From the NCBI GenBank assembly GCA_965219415.1, contig CBDCNP010000002.1:2496001-2560000 (forward strand): DNA of 64,000 bases. The letters are read 5' to 3'. Positions 53,860-64,000 of this stretch are shown piece after piece (position 1 is the first letter of the stretch; each line of letters opens with the position of its first letter). Source of the stretch: Candidatus Marinacidobacterales bacterium (GTDB taxonomy: Bacteria; Acidobacteriota; Vicinamibacteria; Marinacidobacterales; DATDRI01). The notes beneath the pieces were generated by a model. That model made no database searches, had not been told where the DNA came from, and was given only the letters and a program-made list of their open reading frames with translations. The position numbers and the translations under genes are program-made.

Positions 53860-55548
53860 CTAGCGGAACGGGAAAGAACGGAGAACTCCCAACCCTTCCA
53901 CGACGACGACCAACTCACCCGCCGGGAGGGGACCGAGGACTTCCTCGCCGGAGCCCGGCCAGTCGATGCGCAGGGTTTGGATCTTCGTTCGCTGGCCCAA
54001 GCCAATGTGCACGACCCGCTCGTTCTGGGACGCATAGCTCGAGCCCGCCAGGAGCTCGATCGTTGTGCGCTCGTCTTCTCCGAGGTCCAAGAACAACTTG
54101 GCGCCTACCGCGTCCCGGTTGGCAAGGCGCCCGATGAGCAGAAGGCGAAGCGAGTTGCCCGAGGGAGTCTCGTTCCAAAGAAGGTCCGGCCGATCACCGG
54201 AGTTCGTGAAAAGGAGATCCAGATCGCCGTCGCTTTCGAGGTCTGCTGCGGCAAGACCCCGGCTCACCTTGACCGGCTCGAAGCCCGGACCCGCCTCCGT
54301 GATCTCCTCGAAATGGCCATCACCCCGGTTCCAGAAGAGTTGATTCCGCTGGGGGTACGATGTGCCCTCGGTCAACTCCGCGGTATTGTCGTAAATGTGC
54401 CCATTCGCCACCACGAGGTCAACGAATCCGTCATTGTCCAAATCGGCGAAGGCAGTACCGAAGCCAAGAACGCGGAGCGACGGACGAGCCAGTCCCGCTA
54501 GGGCAGAAACATCGGTGAAAAACTGGTTCTCGCCGTTCCTGTAGAGAGTATTGAACTCTCCCTGGAAGTTCGTGACGAAGAGATCCATGTCCCCGTCGTG
54601 ATCGTAGTCGCCGATATCCACTCCCATTCCGGCTTGGGCCCGTCCATTCCCGCCGTAGGCCGTCCCCGATTCGAGACCCACCTCCGAAAAACGCATGCCC
54701 CCGTGGTTGCGAAAGAGAAAGTTGGCGACCGTATCATTGGCGACATAGAGATCGGTAAGACCATCCCCATCGTAGTCGAAGGCGACGACACCGAGTCCCT
54801 TGCCGTGAGATAATGCGACTCCCGCTTCTAGGCTCACATCCTCGAACGTCCCGTCGCCTCGATTGCGGTAGAGGGCATCGGGGAGACCCCGGAATAGGAC
54901 CGGACCACAGTAAGAGCGCAAGACCTTGCCGCCTTTGCGACTAGAACAGACGGGATTGTTGTCGAAGCTGAAGTTCAGGTAATTCGCAACGTAGAGGTCC
55001 AGGTTCCCATCCCCATCGAGATCCGACCAACTGGCGCTGACACCCCAAAGAGGGTTGACGAGACCAGCCGCCTCCGTCACGTCGGTGAAGCTCCCGTCGC
55101 CGTTGTTGCGAAAGAGCCGGTTGGGACCGAACTCGGTGACGTAGAGGTCGGGGTCCCCATCGTTATCGTAATCGGCGGCCGCGGCCCCCATGCCGTAGCC
55201 CTGGAAGTCCAGGCCAGAAAGAGCCGTCACCTGCGAGAAGCGTCCGGTGCCGTCGTTGCGGTACAGTGCACCGCCGACCGGGTTTGTCGGCTCGAAGCCG
55301 GGAAGCACGCCGCCATTTACCAAATACAGATCGGGATCCAGATCCCCGTCGTAGTCGAAGAAGATGGCTCCCGAGCCCAAGGTCTCCACCACGTACTTCT
55401 CTCCGGACGCGCCGGTGACGTGAAGGAAGTCGATGCCCGCAGCGGCCGTATGGTCGGTAAATCGGATTGTCGGGGATTCTTCCGAATGAGCTCCGGAAGG
55501 GGCGGCTAGCGTAATGGCCACGGTTAGTCGGAGCAACCATGGGCTCAT
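53860..55548 (-). CDS. CRTAC1-family FG-GAP / ASPIC-UnbV protein
   Basis: Repeated DYDxDGDxDLYV motifs; C-terminal NRDAVGA...GSSYASQ...HIGLG; signal peptide from ATG 55548. Confidence 0.9.
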   Translation of the reverse strand: MSPWLLRLTVAITLAAPSGAHSEESPTIRFTDHTAAAGIDFLHVTGASGEKYVVETLGSGAIFFDYDGDLDPDLYLVNGGVLPGFEPTNPVGGALYRNDGTGRFSQVTALSGLDFQGYGMGAAAADYDNDGDPDLYVTEFGPNRLFRNNGDGSFTDVTEAAGLVNPLWGVSASWSDLDGDGNLDLYVANYLNFSFDNNPVCSSRKGGKVLRSYCGPVLFRGLPDALYRNRGDGTFEDVSLEAGVALSHGKGLGVVAFDYDGDGLTDLYVANDTVANFLFRNHGGMRFSEVGLESGTAYGGNGRAQAGMGVDIGDYDHDGDMDLFVTNFQGEFNTLYRNGENQFFTDVSALAGLARPSLRVLGFGTAFADLDNDGFVDLVVANGHIYDNTAELTEGTSYPQRNQLFWNRGDGHFEEITEAGPGFEPVKVSRGLAAADLESDGDLDLLFTNSGDRPDLLWNETPSGNSLRLLLIGRLANRDAVGAKLFLDLGEDERTTIELLAGSSYASQNERVVHIGLGQRTKIQTLRIDWPGSGEEVLGPLPAGELVVVVEGLGVLRSFPFR

Positions 55549-55818
55549 TGCTTCCGGGGCTTCTGCCCCGAGGCTCGGGTCCTTCTCGAGTGCGCGCGTA
55601 CAGCTGCGACCGTTATTACTAGCACCGCCAGCATTATAGCGGCATTCATGCCCGCCCGCGCCTATCCAAAGATCGGACTTGAAGAGGTGGCAGCCTTTAG
55701 TATATAAGAATCGAAGTCGGGCTCGCGTATGCATCCGGATTTTTGGATTGCTCCTCCAAAGACCCGGATTGTGCTTAGGCGGCGTAGCCGTAAGCCTTTT
55801 GAATTCAATGCCGGCCTG

Positions 55819-55835
55819 TTGGCCCGCAGCTTGCG
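55819..55835 (+). promoter_or_regulatory. putative sigma54 (-24/-12) promoter
   Basis: TGGCCCG-CAGC-TTGC with GG-N10-GC spacing, ~180 bp upstream of the TonB receptor. Confidence 0.55.
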
Positions 55836-56014
55836 TACTGTGTGATGGGGGGTTGCCGTGATCCGACCTTTAGAGCAGAGCCCCAAGCCGGGAGACGCCG
55901 ACTGGGCAGCGATGGAGGTTGTTCAGCTGTTGCCGTACGTCTTCCCTTCCCCACCGGGAACCCCTTTCTGGAGTCAAAATGTAGTCAGACGAAATGTTCC
56001 TAGGGAGGAACTCT

Positions 56015-58792
56015 ATGTCAAGATTTATCTTTCTAACTCTCCTGGCGCTCCTTGCCGTCCCGCCGGCAGTTTTAGCCCAGTCCGAGTTCACGTCGGGGGG
56101 TATCGCCGGCACCGTCAAGGACGAGACGGGGGCGGTGATGCCAGGCGTCACCGTGATCCTCACCGGCGAGAAGGTTCAAGGCTCTCAAACTTTCGTAAGC
56201 ACGCCAAACGGGGCCTACCGATTTAGCGGCCTGGCGCCCGGCTCGGTCGACCTGGAATACTTAATGGATGGTTTCGCAACCCTGCATCGCCAGCAGATCG
56301 TCATCTCGGTGGGACAGACGGTCAATCTGAACGTCGTGCTCAAGCTCAGCGACGTGACCGAGACCGTCACCGTCATTGGCGAAACGCCCATCGTCGACAC
56401 GCGTTCCACCAAAATGGACACCATTTTGGATCAGGAGTGGGTCGAGAACGCTCCTACCTCACGCTTCGTCTTTTTCGACTACCTCAACCAGGCCCCCGGC
56501 GTCAGTCTGACGTCTTTCGGTGGTAGCGGCTCGAGTGTCATGGGCTCCGGGCGCGACGAGAACTCCTTTATGTTGGATGGGACCAACATCGTCGCCACCG
56601 CCTACGGTAACTCCTTTCCCTGGCCGGACATCGACGCCATCGAGGAGGTCGAGATCCTCTCCCTGGGCGCCCCCGCCGAATACCCTCACGCGGCTGGCGC
56701 CGTCTACAACATCGTGACCCGCTCGGGATCGAACGACTTCCACGGCGACGCCAACTTCTATTTCCAAACCGATGGCATGACGGGCCGGAATACCTCCGAC
56801 GAGGAGGACGACGGCTTGCCCTTCCGCCGGGACGGCTTCACGGACTTCACCGCCCAGCTGGGAGGACCCGTCGTCCACGATAAGCTCTGGTTCTTCGTCG
56901 GTTTCCAGCGCCAAGTTGACGCCCAGACGCAGCCTGGCTCGAGCGCCTCCCACGTGGTAAAGAAGCGCAATTGGATGGGGAAGGTCAACTACCAGGCAAA
57001 CGACGCGAACAAGATCAATTTCATGTGGCATCGTGACTATTTCGACCTCCCGGGTACGCCCACCGCCAACGATGGTCCCGGCACGGTGGGCAGTGAGACC
57101 GGGTATACTGACGCAATTAACCTGGGCTACACCAATATCATTTCCCAGAACACTTTGCTGGAAGCTCATTTCTCCGGCTTCTGGGCACCCGGTATCCTCC
57201 AGGTCATCGATGAATCAGGCAATCCGGATTCTAGCTTACCCATTGGAACGACTCGCTTCTACAACCTGGACACCGGCATGGTCACGGGTGGGGTCTGGGG
57301 ATGGTATGACTCCACGGCCTTCGAGACGGGTCTCAATGGGAAGCTGACTCATTACGCCGAGGACTTCCTGGGAGGAGACCACGAGTTCAAGTTCGGGGTG
57401 CAGTGGGAGCGTGGGGGTGTGGACGGGAGCGCCGCTTCAAACGACTATATCTTCACATACGACGTCGACGGGACCACCTATGCCTATGGCTACGATTACG
57501 AGCCTTACGCGTACTCGGGCATCCAGAGAGGCATCGGTTTTTGGTTCGACGACTCGTGGCAAGTCAACGACCGCCTCACTCTGAACTTGGGTTTGCGGTT
57601 CGACAACAAGCGTGCTTCGGTCAGCGACCTCGTCGTCACGGACGGCGATGGGAATCCCACGGGTGCGGAGTTTCCTGGCATCCCCAACGTTTTCACCTGG
57701 ACCCCCGTCTCTCCGAGGTTAGGCCTCAATTACCAGCTTACCGAAGACGGTAAGACGATCGTGAAGGCCCACTACGGTCGCTACTACCGCGCCATTGTCG
57801 GTTGTGAGTACTGTGTCTCCATCGGATCCTCGCCGAACAGAACCTTTTTCGGAGACTACGACGTGGGGACCGATACCTTCTTCAACACGGTGCTGGACGT
57901 CGTCCTACCCGGCGCTAACGGCGTAAGTCCGAACTACACGGACCCCCACACCGACCAGTTCATCGTCGGGGTTGACCGGGAGCTCGGGAACCGGCTCGCC
58001 CTCCAGGTGAACTACGCATACAAGCGGGGTCAGGACTATCCTGCCTGGCGAGACACTACCGGGGTGTATGAGCCGACCGTCTACATCGACAACCAGGGGG
58101 TAGACGCTACCGGCCAAGCTATCACTCTCCAACGGTTGGTCAGCGACCGGGCGCTGAGGGAATTCGAGATCGACAATGACGACAGACTGAAGACCAACAT
58201 CCATGCCTTGACGGTGCAAGTGGTAAAGAGGATGTCCGACAACTGGCAGACGAACACCTCCATTTCCTGGGTGAGGTCCAGAGGAGCCCTGCGCTCCTCA
58301 AACCAAGGGGCGCGCGGGGGTCAGAACACCGCGCTGACGTTCAATTCCTTCGGCAAGAACCCCAACGACTTCACCAACATCGACGGAATTCTGTCGGCAG
58401 AACGGCCGTGGATGTTCAAGTCGTCGTTCCTCTACCATTTCCCGCACGATTTCCTGGTGGCAGTGAACTACCTCGGTCAGAGCGGGAAAGCGTGGCCGCG
58501 CCAGATTCAGGTCAGCTCAGACGTTACGGGGATCCCCAGCCTAATCAATGTGGAGAAGAGAGACGGTAGCCGTCGCGTGGAGACCTGGCACAACCTCGAT
58601 GTCAGGCTCCAGAAGTTGTTCCAAATCGGCTCCCAGGCCAGAATCGGAGCATTTTTCGATTTCCTGAACGTTCTTAACACCGGCACCAACGAGGACGTTT
58701 TGAGTCGGCGTGGAGATAACTCCAGCTTCGGCGTACGGAGCAACTTCCTGCCCCCGCGACGAATCATGCTGGGGGCGAAGTTCAGCTTCTAG
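56015..58792 (+). CDS. TonB-dependent receptor (carboxypeptidase-regulatory-like N-domain)
   Basis: Signal peptide, GTVKDETGAVMPG, TRSGSNDFHG, LTLNLGLRFD, terminal Phe; RBS GGAGG. Confidence 0.92.
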   Translation: MSRFIFLTLLALLAVPPAVLAQSEFTSGGIAGTVKDETGAVMPGVTVILTGEKVQGSQTFVSTPNGAYRFSGLAPGSVDLEYLMDGFATLHRQQIVISVGQTVNLNVVLKLSDVTETVTVIGETPIVDTRSTKMDTILDQEWVENAPTSRFVFFDYLNQAPGVSLTSFGGSGSSVMGSGRDENSFMLDGTNIVATAYGNSFPWPDIDAIEEVEILSLGAPAEYPHAAGAVYNIVTRSGSNDFHGDANFYFQTDGMTGRNTSDEEDDGLPFRRDGFTDFTAQLGGPVVHDKLWFFVGFQRQVDAQTQPGSSASHVVKKRNWMGKVNYQANDANKINFMWHRDYFDLPGTPTANDGPGTVGSETGYTDAINLGYTNIISQNTLLEAHFSGFWAPGILQVIDESGNPDSSLPIGTTRFYNLDTGMVTGGVWGWYDSTAFETGLNGKLTHYAEDFLGGDHEFKFGVQWERGGVDGSAASNDYIFTYDVDGTTYAYGYDYEPYAYSGIQRGIGFWFDDSWQVNDRLTLNLGLRFDNKRASVSDLVVTDGDGNPTGAEFPGIPNVFTWTPVSPRLGLNYQLTEDGKTIVKAHYGRYYRAIVGCEYCVSIGSSPNRTFFGDYDVGTDTFFNTVLDVVLPGANGVSPNYTDPHTDQFIVGVDRELGNRLALQVNYAYKRGQDYPAWRDTTGVYEPTVYIDNQGVDATGQAITLQRLVSDRALREFEIDNDDRLKTNIHALTVQVVKRMSDNWQTNTSISWVRSRGALRSSNQGARGGQNTALTFNSFGKNPNDFTNIDGILSAERPWMFKSSFLYHFPHDFLVAVNYLGQSGKAWPRQIQVSSDVTGIPSLINVEKRDGSRRVETWHNLDVRLQKLFQIGSQARIGAFFDFLNVLNTGTNEDVLSRRGDNSSFGVRSNFLPPRRIMLGAKFSF

Positions 58793-58829
58793 AAGCCGCC
58801 CCGCCGCACGACAGCGACAAAACCACCTG

Positions 58830-58864
58830 GAGCCCCGGGGGAGCAGCCGGGGGCTCTTTTTTTT
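58830..58864 (+). terminator. rho-independent terminator
   Basis: GAGCCCCGG...CCGGGGGCTC stem followed by T8. Confidence 0.85.
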
Positions 58865-58921
58865 CTTAAAGCCCCCCCATCGGGTGGTAGCGGAGGAGAA
58901 TTTGGGCGCATAATCACCGTC

Positions 58922-60505
58922 ATGGGCTCTTTGCCGAGCACGTTCTGCCTCATTTTGCTCTTGCTCCCGCTTGCCGCTTCTTCGCAAACCGCCAAGGAGC
59001 GGGGAGAGCTCCTAGAGGAACGAGGATGGGCAGCCCTTGGTCAGCAGCGTTACCGGGATGCGCTCGTCGCCTTCGATGAGCTCCTTTCCAGGGAGCCGGA
59101 CCGTGCCTCGGCCCATTACGGCAAGGGACTGGCGTTCACCGGTATTCTGAATTACTCGGCAGCCGCAGGCTCTTTCGAGAAAGCCGTTTCCCTGAAGCCC
59201 GATCTCGCAGATGCCTGGCGCCGACTGGTGGTGCTCTATTCCCAGCTTCAGCGCGACCCGAGTACGAAGCGTGCCTATGAGAAGGCCCGCCGGCTTGCCA
59301 AAGTGCCGGAGGAGGATCGGCTTAGCCTGGCCCGCGCTTTGAGAAAGACGAGTTGGATTGCGGAAGCCCGCGCCTTGCTCCATGAAGCTGAACCTCTAGG
59401 CGTAAATGAGCACTTCGAGCTCGGTCTACTCGCATTGGAGGAGGACGATTACGCGGGGGCGGCCGGACATCTCCAGACGGCGACGTCGGATCCCTCGCGC
59501 TCCACCGCCGATGCGGAGTATCAGTACGGGCGGACACTCGAAGCTCTCGGGAATACGGAGCAAGCCATCGAGCACTATCGGCGGGCCATGTCGAAAGATC
59601 CCCGGATGCGAAGCGCCCGTTTTCGCCTGGGGAATCTCTTGCTGCGGTCGGGAAGCCCCGAGCAAGGTCGGGCTCTGCTGCGAGGATACGAGGAGTTCCG
59701 GCAGTGGGATCGGAGGGTGGGGCTCCTACTCGCCATGGTTACCTCAGGAACGCTTTCCGAAGTTGTGGAGAGAGAAAAAACCCGTGAGCTCGTGGATCTA
59801 CTTCTCCAGGGTGGTGCTCTCGAGGACGCGGCCGTACTCATCGACTCGGCACTCGCCAAGAACCCCGACGACCGCGCTTTCCTAGTGGCCCACGCAAGAT
59901 GGCTCTTATCGTCGGGCCAGCCCGACGAGGCCCGGGCACTCGTGGAGCTACTCCTTTCCTTTCCAGACCCTCCCCCAGATGCACTTTGGCTTTCTGCCCG
60001 GCTCCATATTCTTCAGGGCGAGTCCCCGGAAGCGATCGAATCCTTCCGCCGCCTGCTCGCGATCGATCCCGATCCGCCGGCCGTCCTCCTGAAGGAGGTT
60101 GCCACCGCGTACGCCATGAACGCACAGACCGAGGAGGCGGCATCCTACTACCAGCGCGCCCTGGAAAAAGATCCCCTTCTGGCGGGAGCCCACGCCGGGC
60201 TCGGCTCGCTTCTGGAGTCCGCGGGGCGCTCGGAAGAAGCCGAGCGGCGCTATCGCCGCGCTCTCGAGATCAATCCTGATCTTCTTTCCGCACAACAACT
60301 GCTGGCCGAGCTTCTTCTGCGGAGAGGGGATGCTGAGGAAGCTGCCGACCTTTTGCGAAGGAGTGTAACTACCAACCCCACCGACGCGCTTCTCCGGCGC
60401 AACCTCGCCCAAGCGCTCCAGAGGCTCGGCAAGGAGACAGAAGCAGAAGCGGAGCTCGAGAAAGCTCGACAGATCGAGGCTTGGAAAAAGCCGCCGACCC
60501 AATGA
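58922..60505 (+). CDS. secreted tetratricopeptide repeat protein
   Basis: Signal peptide and multiple TPR motifs (AHYGKG..., YRRALEINP). Confidence 0.88.
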   Translation: MGSLPSTFCLILLLLPLAASSQTAKERGELLEERGWAALGQQRYRDALVAFDELLSREPDRASAHYGKGLAFTGILNYSAAAGSFEKAVSLKPDLADAWRRLVVLYSQLQRDPSTKRAYEKARRLAKVPEEDRLSLARALRKTSWIAEARALLHEAEPLGVNEHFELGLLALEEDDYAGAAGHLQTATSDPSRSTADAEYQYGRTLEALGNTEQAIEHYRRAMSKDPRMRSARFRLGNLLLRSGSPEQGRALLRGYEEFRQWDRRVGLLLAMVTSGTLSEVVEREKTRELVDLLLQGGALEDAAVLIDSALAKNPDDRAFLVAHARWLLSSGQPDEARALVELLLSFPDPPPDALWLSARLHILQGESPEAIESFRRLLAIDPDPPAVLLKEVATAYAMNAQTEEAASYYQRALEKDPLLAGAHAGLGSLLESAGRSEEAERRYRRALEINPDLLSAQQLLAELLLRRGDAEEAADLLRRSVTTNPTDALLRRNLAQALQRLGKETEAEAELEKARQIEAWKKPPTQ

Positions 60506-60511
60506 GTCGGC

Positions 60512-63247
60512 TTACCTCTGAGTCGGCTGGGGCGCCTCTTTCTCTTCCTCCTTAGGTGCTTCGGGCTCGGGCGGTGGGCTCCAGAAATCAGCGCTGCCCA
60601 CGGCCTTGGCGGCATGCTCTCCGTGGAACAGGGCAGAGTTGAAGACGATGCGGAACGTGCCAAATGGTTGGCCCCGCCATTGTGGACGAAAGCCAAGCAG
60701 AACGACGTGGCCCTTTCCGTGGCGGACATCGAGCGCGGCGGCGAAACCGTTGATGTGCTCCTCACCCAACAAGTAGCCCGAGAGAAGGGGAGAGCCCGCT
60801 TCTTGGTACTTCGCTAACGCGGCCCCTTCGAAACCCTCGGTGGTGGTGAACACAGGGCTCCGACCCACGAAAACGCTGGCCCTACCCGGCATGCCTGCCA
60901 TCACCGGATGGACAGTATCAACCGCAACTTCTAGAAGGGAACCTCCCACATAGAAACTCTTGCTGTCGAGATCGGCCACGACATTCTTGACCGGCAGGTT
61001 GAGCTCCTTGACGGCGAAAGCGCTGCTCCGGTTGAAGCAAACCAGCGTCCCGCCCGCCTCGACGAACTCGCCGAGCGCACGGACGCCGCGGCTACCGATG
61101 CCGCCCGCATAGCGGGGTGGGACGGACCCAGGCTGGAAACCCTCCAAGATCGTCTTCGCGTCGACGTCGGCGAATAAGATTACGTCGAAGCGATCGCCTA
61201 GCGGACGTGAATGGAAATCAGCATCTCTCAGGTTCGTGAAATCGAAATCATATTGCTCGAGCAACCAGCGCGTCCATCCCTCGTCCATGCTCGCGCGCCA
61301 GGGCCGATAGAGTCCGATCCGTGGACGGGGTAAGGATGTACCGGAGGCACCGCTCCGCTCGGCCCGCAGATGCAGCTCGCGAGCAACCTGGTCGCTGAGG
61401 CCGGTGACCACGTAGCGACCATCGCGAAACCGCACCCGTCCGCCTTCGCGCCAAGCTCGATTGACGACACGAAAAGCATTGTTCTGCGCCGGGCTCAACG
61501 CCAGAGCCGCTCCCGAGCCGGTTACTTCTCCGGCCGGCGGAACGATGCCAGCCGCAACCGCATCGGTATCGAATCCTAAGCCGGGAGCGCTGTCGAACGG
61601 GGCGGCATCGATCTCGCGACTCGCCGGATCCACGTTATCTCGAAACGCCGGGCGCCAGTCGGCGACCTTCCCTTCAACGGGTTTCATCGCCGCCCGAACG
61701 TCATCCGACAACGGCGTCGTCACTTCGATCACCTCGACATCAAACTGATAGGGCAAGGTCCAGCCGGCGACATCATAAGGCTGCTCGGGCGGCGCGTCCT
61801 CGGAAGCACGCAGGTCGGGATAGCTCTGGATCTCCAGAACGTTCCGGGCAAGCTCGGCGAACTCTTGGTTCATCGGGATCACCCAAGTCCCTTCGGGGTA
61901 GGTGTTGCCCTCGATGCTAACCGGACTTTGCAGCTGATGAACCCTCACGCCGTTGAAAGCCAAACGCCGGAGCAGCTCGACCGGCGCGACCGGGTCCCTC
62001 TGTTGCTGCGGTATGAAATACGCGTACGGCGGATCGTTTGTATATTTACGAATGGTGTCCCGGCCGGCCTGATACCGGTTGTAAAGAACACGCTCCTTGT
62101 ACTTTGCGGCGAAGCCCAGGGTCGCATGCGAGGAGGTGAGTATGTACTCGACCGCATCCCGCAGACGCCACCAGCCACCCGGCCAGGGACTCGAGTATAG
62201 GGACTCGGGGCGTAGTTCTTTTCGATTGTCGGGGATGTCCCGGAGAGTATAGAAACCCGGCGTGGCGTACTGGAAGAGCGCGGTCTCGGTGAAGAAAGCG
62301 ACGGCGTTCTGAAGATTGGGCAGGTGATCGACGTAGCCCGGATACCAGACATCGAAGGTTTCCATGTGCGTCGCACCGACCTGGCCGCGCTCCTCCAGTG
62401 CCTGTGCGATCAGCATGCCCAAGGTGTTGACGGTCCGTGACATCACCGGATGGACCCGATTCGCGATCGGATCGGCATAGGGCGGCAGGAAGATCCGAGT
62501 CGGAAAGGGCGACGACTGATGTGGTATGTAGCGAATTTGTGGCTCCCAGTAGCGCCACGTCCGTTCGATGACCCGCGACTCGACCATGTTGAGCATATAG
62601 GCGTCACGATTGTTGTCGTGGCCGACATACTTCTGATAGAGCCACGGCATGCGCGAGGTCTCGTAGGGGGTGCCGACGTTGGGCTCATACCAATCCGCGA
62701 CGAGGGTCTGGCCGTCCGGATTGATGGACGGCCAAAGGAGCACGATGAGATTCTCGTGAATGGCCTGGATCTCGGGATCGTCGACCCCCGCCACCAGGTC
62801 ATATGCGAGCTCCATCGTGTGTTGGGCGTGAGCGACTTCACTTGCGTGCAGACCGCCGTCGATATGGATGATGGCCTTGCCCTCACGCGCGAGTTGCCGT
62901 GCTTCGTCATCGGTCAGCTCTGGCGGGCCTTGCGGGTGGGCCAGCTTCTGTGCGATCTCCCGGTGCCTCTCGACGTTGGCCAGGTTTTCGGGCGAGGAGA
63001 TGAGCGCCATGTACCAGGGGCGGTTGAAAGAGGTCCGCCCAATCTCGAGGAGTTGCATCCGGTCGCTAGCGGCGTCGAGCTGCCGGAAATAGCCGAGCGA
63101 GTCCTCGTAGGAAGCCAATTTGAAGTCGGCTCCCACTTGATACCCGAGCACCGACTCCGGTGTCGGCACGTCCGACTGCACGGCGAAGGAACTGGAGCAC
63201 CACGCTAGCCACAAGAAGGACGCAGTGAGAATCGGCACTTTCTTCAT
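60512..63247 (-). CDS. M14 zinc carboxypeptidase family protein with C-terminal GATase-like domain
   Basis: GLHASE, INPDG, GHDNNRD, PYDVAGWTLP and MDEGWTRW motifs; signal peptide. Confidence 0.88.
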   Translation of the reverse strand: MKKVPILTASFLWLAWCSSSFAVQSDVPTPESVLGYQVGADFKLASYEDSLGYFRQLDAASDRMQLLEIGRTSFNRPWYMALISSPENLANVERHREIAQKLAHPQGPPELTDDEARQLAREGKAIIHIDGGLHASEVAHAQHTMELAYDLVAGVDDPEIQAIHENLIVLLWPSINPDGQTLVADWYEPNVGTPYETSRMPWLYQKYVGHDNNRDAYMLNMVESRVIERTWRYWEPQIRYIPHQSSPFPTRIFLPPYADPIANRVHPVMSRTVNTLGMLIAQALEERGQVGATHMETFDVWYPGYVDHLPNLQNAVAFFTETALFQYATPGFYTLRDIPDNRKELRPESLYSSPWPGGWWRLRDAVEYILTSSHATLGFAAKYKERVLYNRYQAGRDTIRKYTNDPPYAYFIPQQQRDPVAPVELLRRLAFNGVRVHQLQSPVSIEGNTYPEGTWVIPMNQEFAELARNVLEIQSYPDLRASEDAPPEQPYDVAGWTLPYQFDVEVIEVTTPLSDDVRAAMKPVEGKVADWRPAFRDNVDPASREIDAAPFDSAPGLGFDTDAVAAGIVPPAGEVTGSGAALALSPAQNNAFRVVNRAWREGGRVRFRDGRYVVTGLSDQVARELHLRAERSGASGTSLPRPRIGLYRPWRASMDEGWTRWLLEQYDFDFTNLRDADFHSRPLGDRFDVILFADVDAKTILEGFQPGSVPPRYAGGIGSRGVRALGEFVEAGGTLVCFNRSSAFAVKELNLPVKNVVADLDSKSFYVGGSLLEVAVDTVHPVMAGMPGRASVFVGRSPVFTTTEGFEGAALAKYQEAGSPLLSGYLLGEEHINGFAAALDVRHGKGHVVLLGFRPQWRGQPFGTFRIVFNSALFHGEHAAKAVGSADFWSPPPEPEAPKEEEKEAPQPTQR

Positions 63248-63258
63248 CCTTGACTCCT

Positions 63259-64000
63259 TTAGTTCTCCGTAAGCAGCAGAAGTTTTCCGTCGAGCGCGCC
63301 ATTATATTCGCCGCTCTCGATGCCTATCTTTCCACCTACGATCACGGCCTCGGTCCCCCTGCTGTACTGACGCGCGTCCGTGTGAGTGCCGGTATCCTGA
63401 ACGGTCTCGGGGTCGAATATCACGAGATCGGCCTTGTATCCTTCGGCGAGCAAGCCCCGGTCCTTCAATTGGAGGAACTCGGCCGGAAGGGAAGTCATTT
63501 TCTTCACCGCATCCTCGAGCGTCAGAACCTTGTCTTCCCTGACGAATTTCCGGAGCACCCTGGCCTGACTGCCGAACGCGCGAGGGTGACCGATTACGGG
63601 GTCGTCGGTGTCTTTCGGAATTGGCAACGCATCGCCATCACTCGAGAACATCAGCCAATCTTCCTTCATCGCGTGCACCATGTCGTCTTCCGACATGACG
63701 CCGCAGGCGACGTACAGGTCGGGTTCCTCAAGTACGAGGTCTGCCGCGACATCGAACGGATCTCTCCCCTGTTCTGCCGCGATGTCAGAAAGGATTTTTC
63801 CGATTAACTGCGCATTCTTCTCCGCCACGACGACCAGATAACTATCCCAACCCGCCTGGGCCACCGAGCTCGGGTGTTGAGGGCTGCCGACCAGTACGGA
63901 CTGCCTTATCTGCTGGCGTTTCGACTCATCCGACAGGGCCTTTGCGAGCTCGGCGACATACTGTTCTCTGATAGACTTCTTCTCTGCGTCCTTCAGGTCC
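63259..64000 (-). CDS. N-acyl-D-amino-acid deacylase (5' part outside window)
   Basis: HPRAFGS, AVKKMTSLPA and ADLVIFDP motifs. Confidence 0.88.
   Translation of the reverse strand, partial: DLKDAEKKSIREQYVAELAKALSDESKRQQIRQSVLVGSPQHPSSVAQAGWDSYLVVVAEKNAQLIGKILSDIAAEQGRDPFDVAADLVLEEPDLYVACGVMSEDDMVHAMKEDWLMFSSDGDALPIPKDTDDPVIGHPRAFGSQARVLRKFVREDKVLTLEDAVKKMTSLPAEFLQLKDRGLLAEGYKADLVIFDPETVQDTGTHTDARQYSRGTEAVIVGGKIGIESGEYNGALDGKLLLLTEN

Noticed and set aside
55549-55734. 62-aa N-terminal extension of the CRTAC1 ORF
   Set aside because: The signal peptide begins at MSPWLL (55548); the extension covers the divergent promoter region.
55840-56010. Riboswitch in the TonB receptor leader
   Set aside because: I recognised no cobalamin, TPP or other conserved aptamer motif; an Infernal/Rfam scan would be needed to exclude one.

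Overview
This is a GC-rich bacterial chromosome segment, probably from an Acidobacterium (inferred from an ADOP-type permease, CRTAC1/FG-GAP, VPS10-like, TPR and TonB-receptor genes). It has three parts. (1) 1-5178: an intact purB-purS-purQ-purL-purF operon. (2) ~5180-46326: a ~41 kb decayed island ending at the 3' end of tRNA-Ser(CGA). It is a patchwork of IS256, IS3, IS110/IS1111, IS1, rve-type and serine-recombinase pieces. At least three families of short element-end repeats (~35 termini) sit at most junctions. They bracket intact cargo (PhyH dioxygenase, D-aminoacylase, atypical P-II, groES-groEL, VPS10-like protein, DddW-like cupin) and broken cargo (a PLD + helicase defence-like triad, hsdR, TonB receptors). 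(3) 46327-64000: backbone genes (tRNA-Ser, tadA, blaI/M56, permease, hutI, ArsR-SRPBCC, CRTAC1, TonB receptor, TPR, M14 peptidase, aminoacylase). The most striking observation is an IS1111-type element inserted into the terminal inverted repeat of an IS1-family element. Its 3' non-coding region contains segments matching both the reconstructed target site and its own circle junction, i.e. a readable bridge/seekRNA aimed at another mobile element's end. All calls come from reading sequence and translations by eye; no database searches were run.
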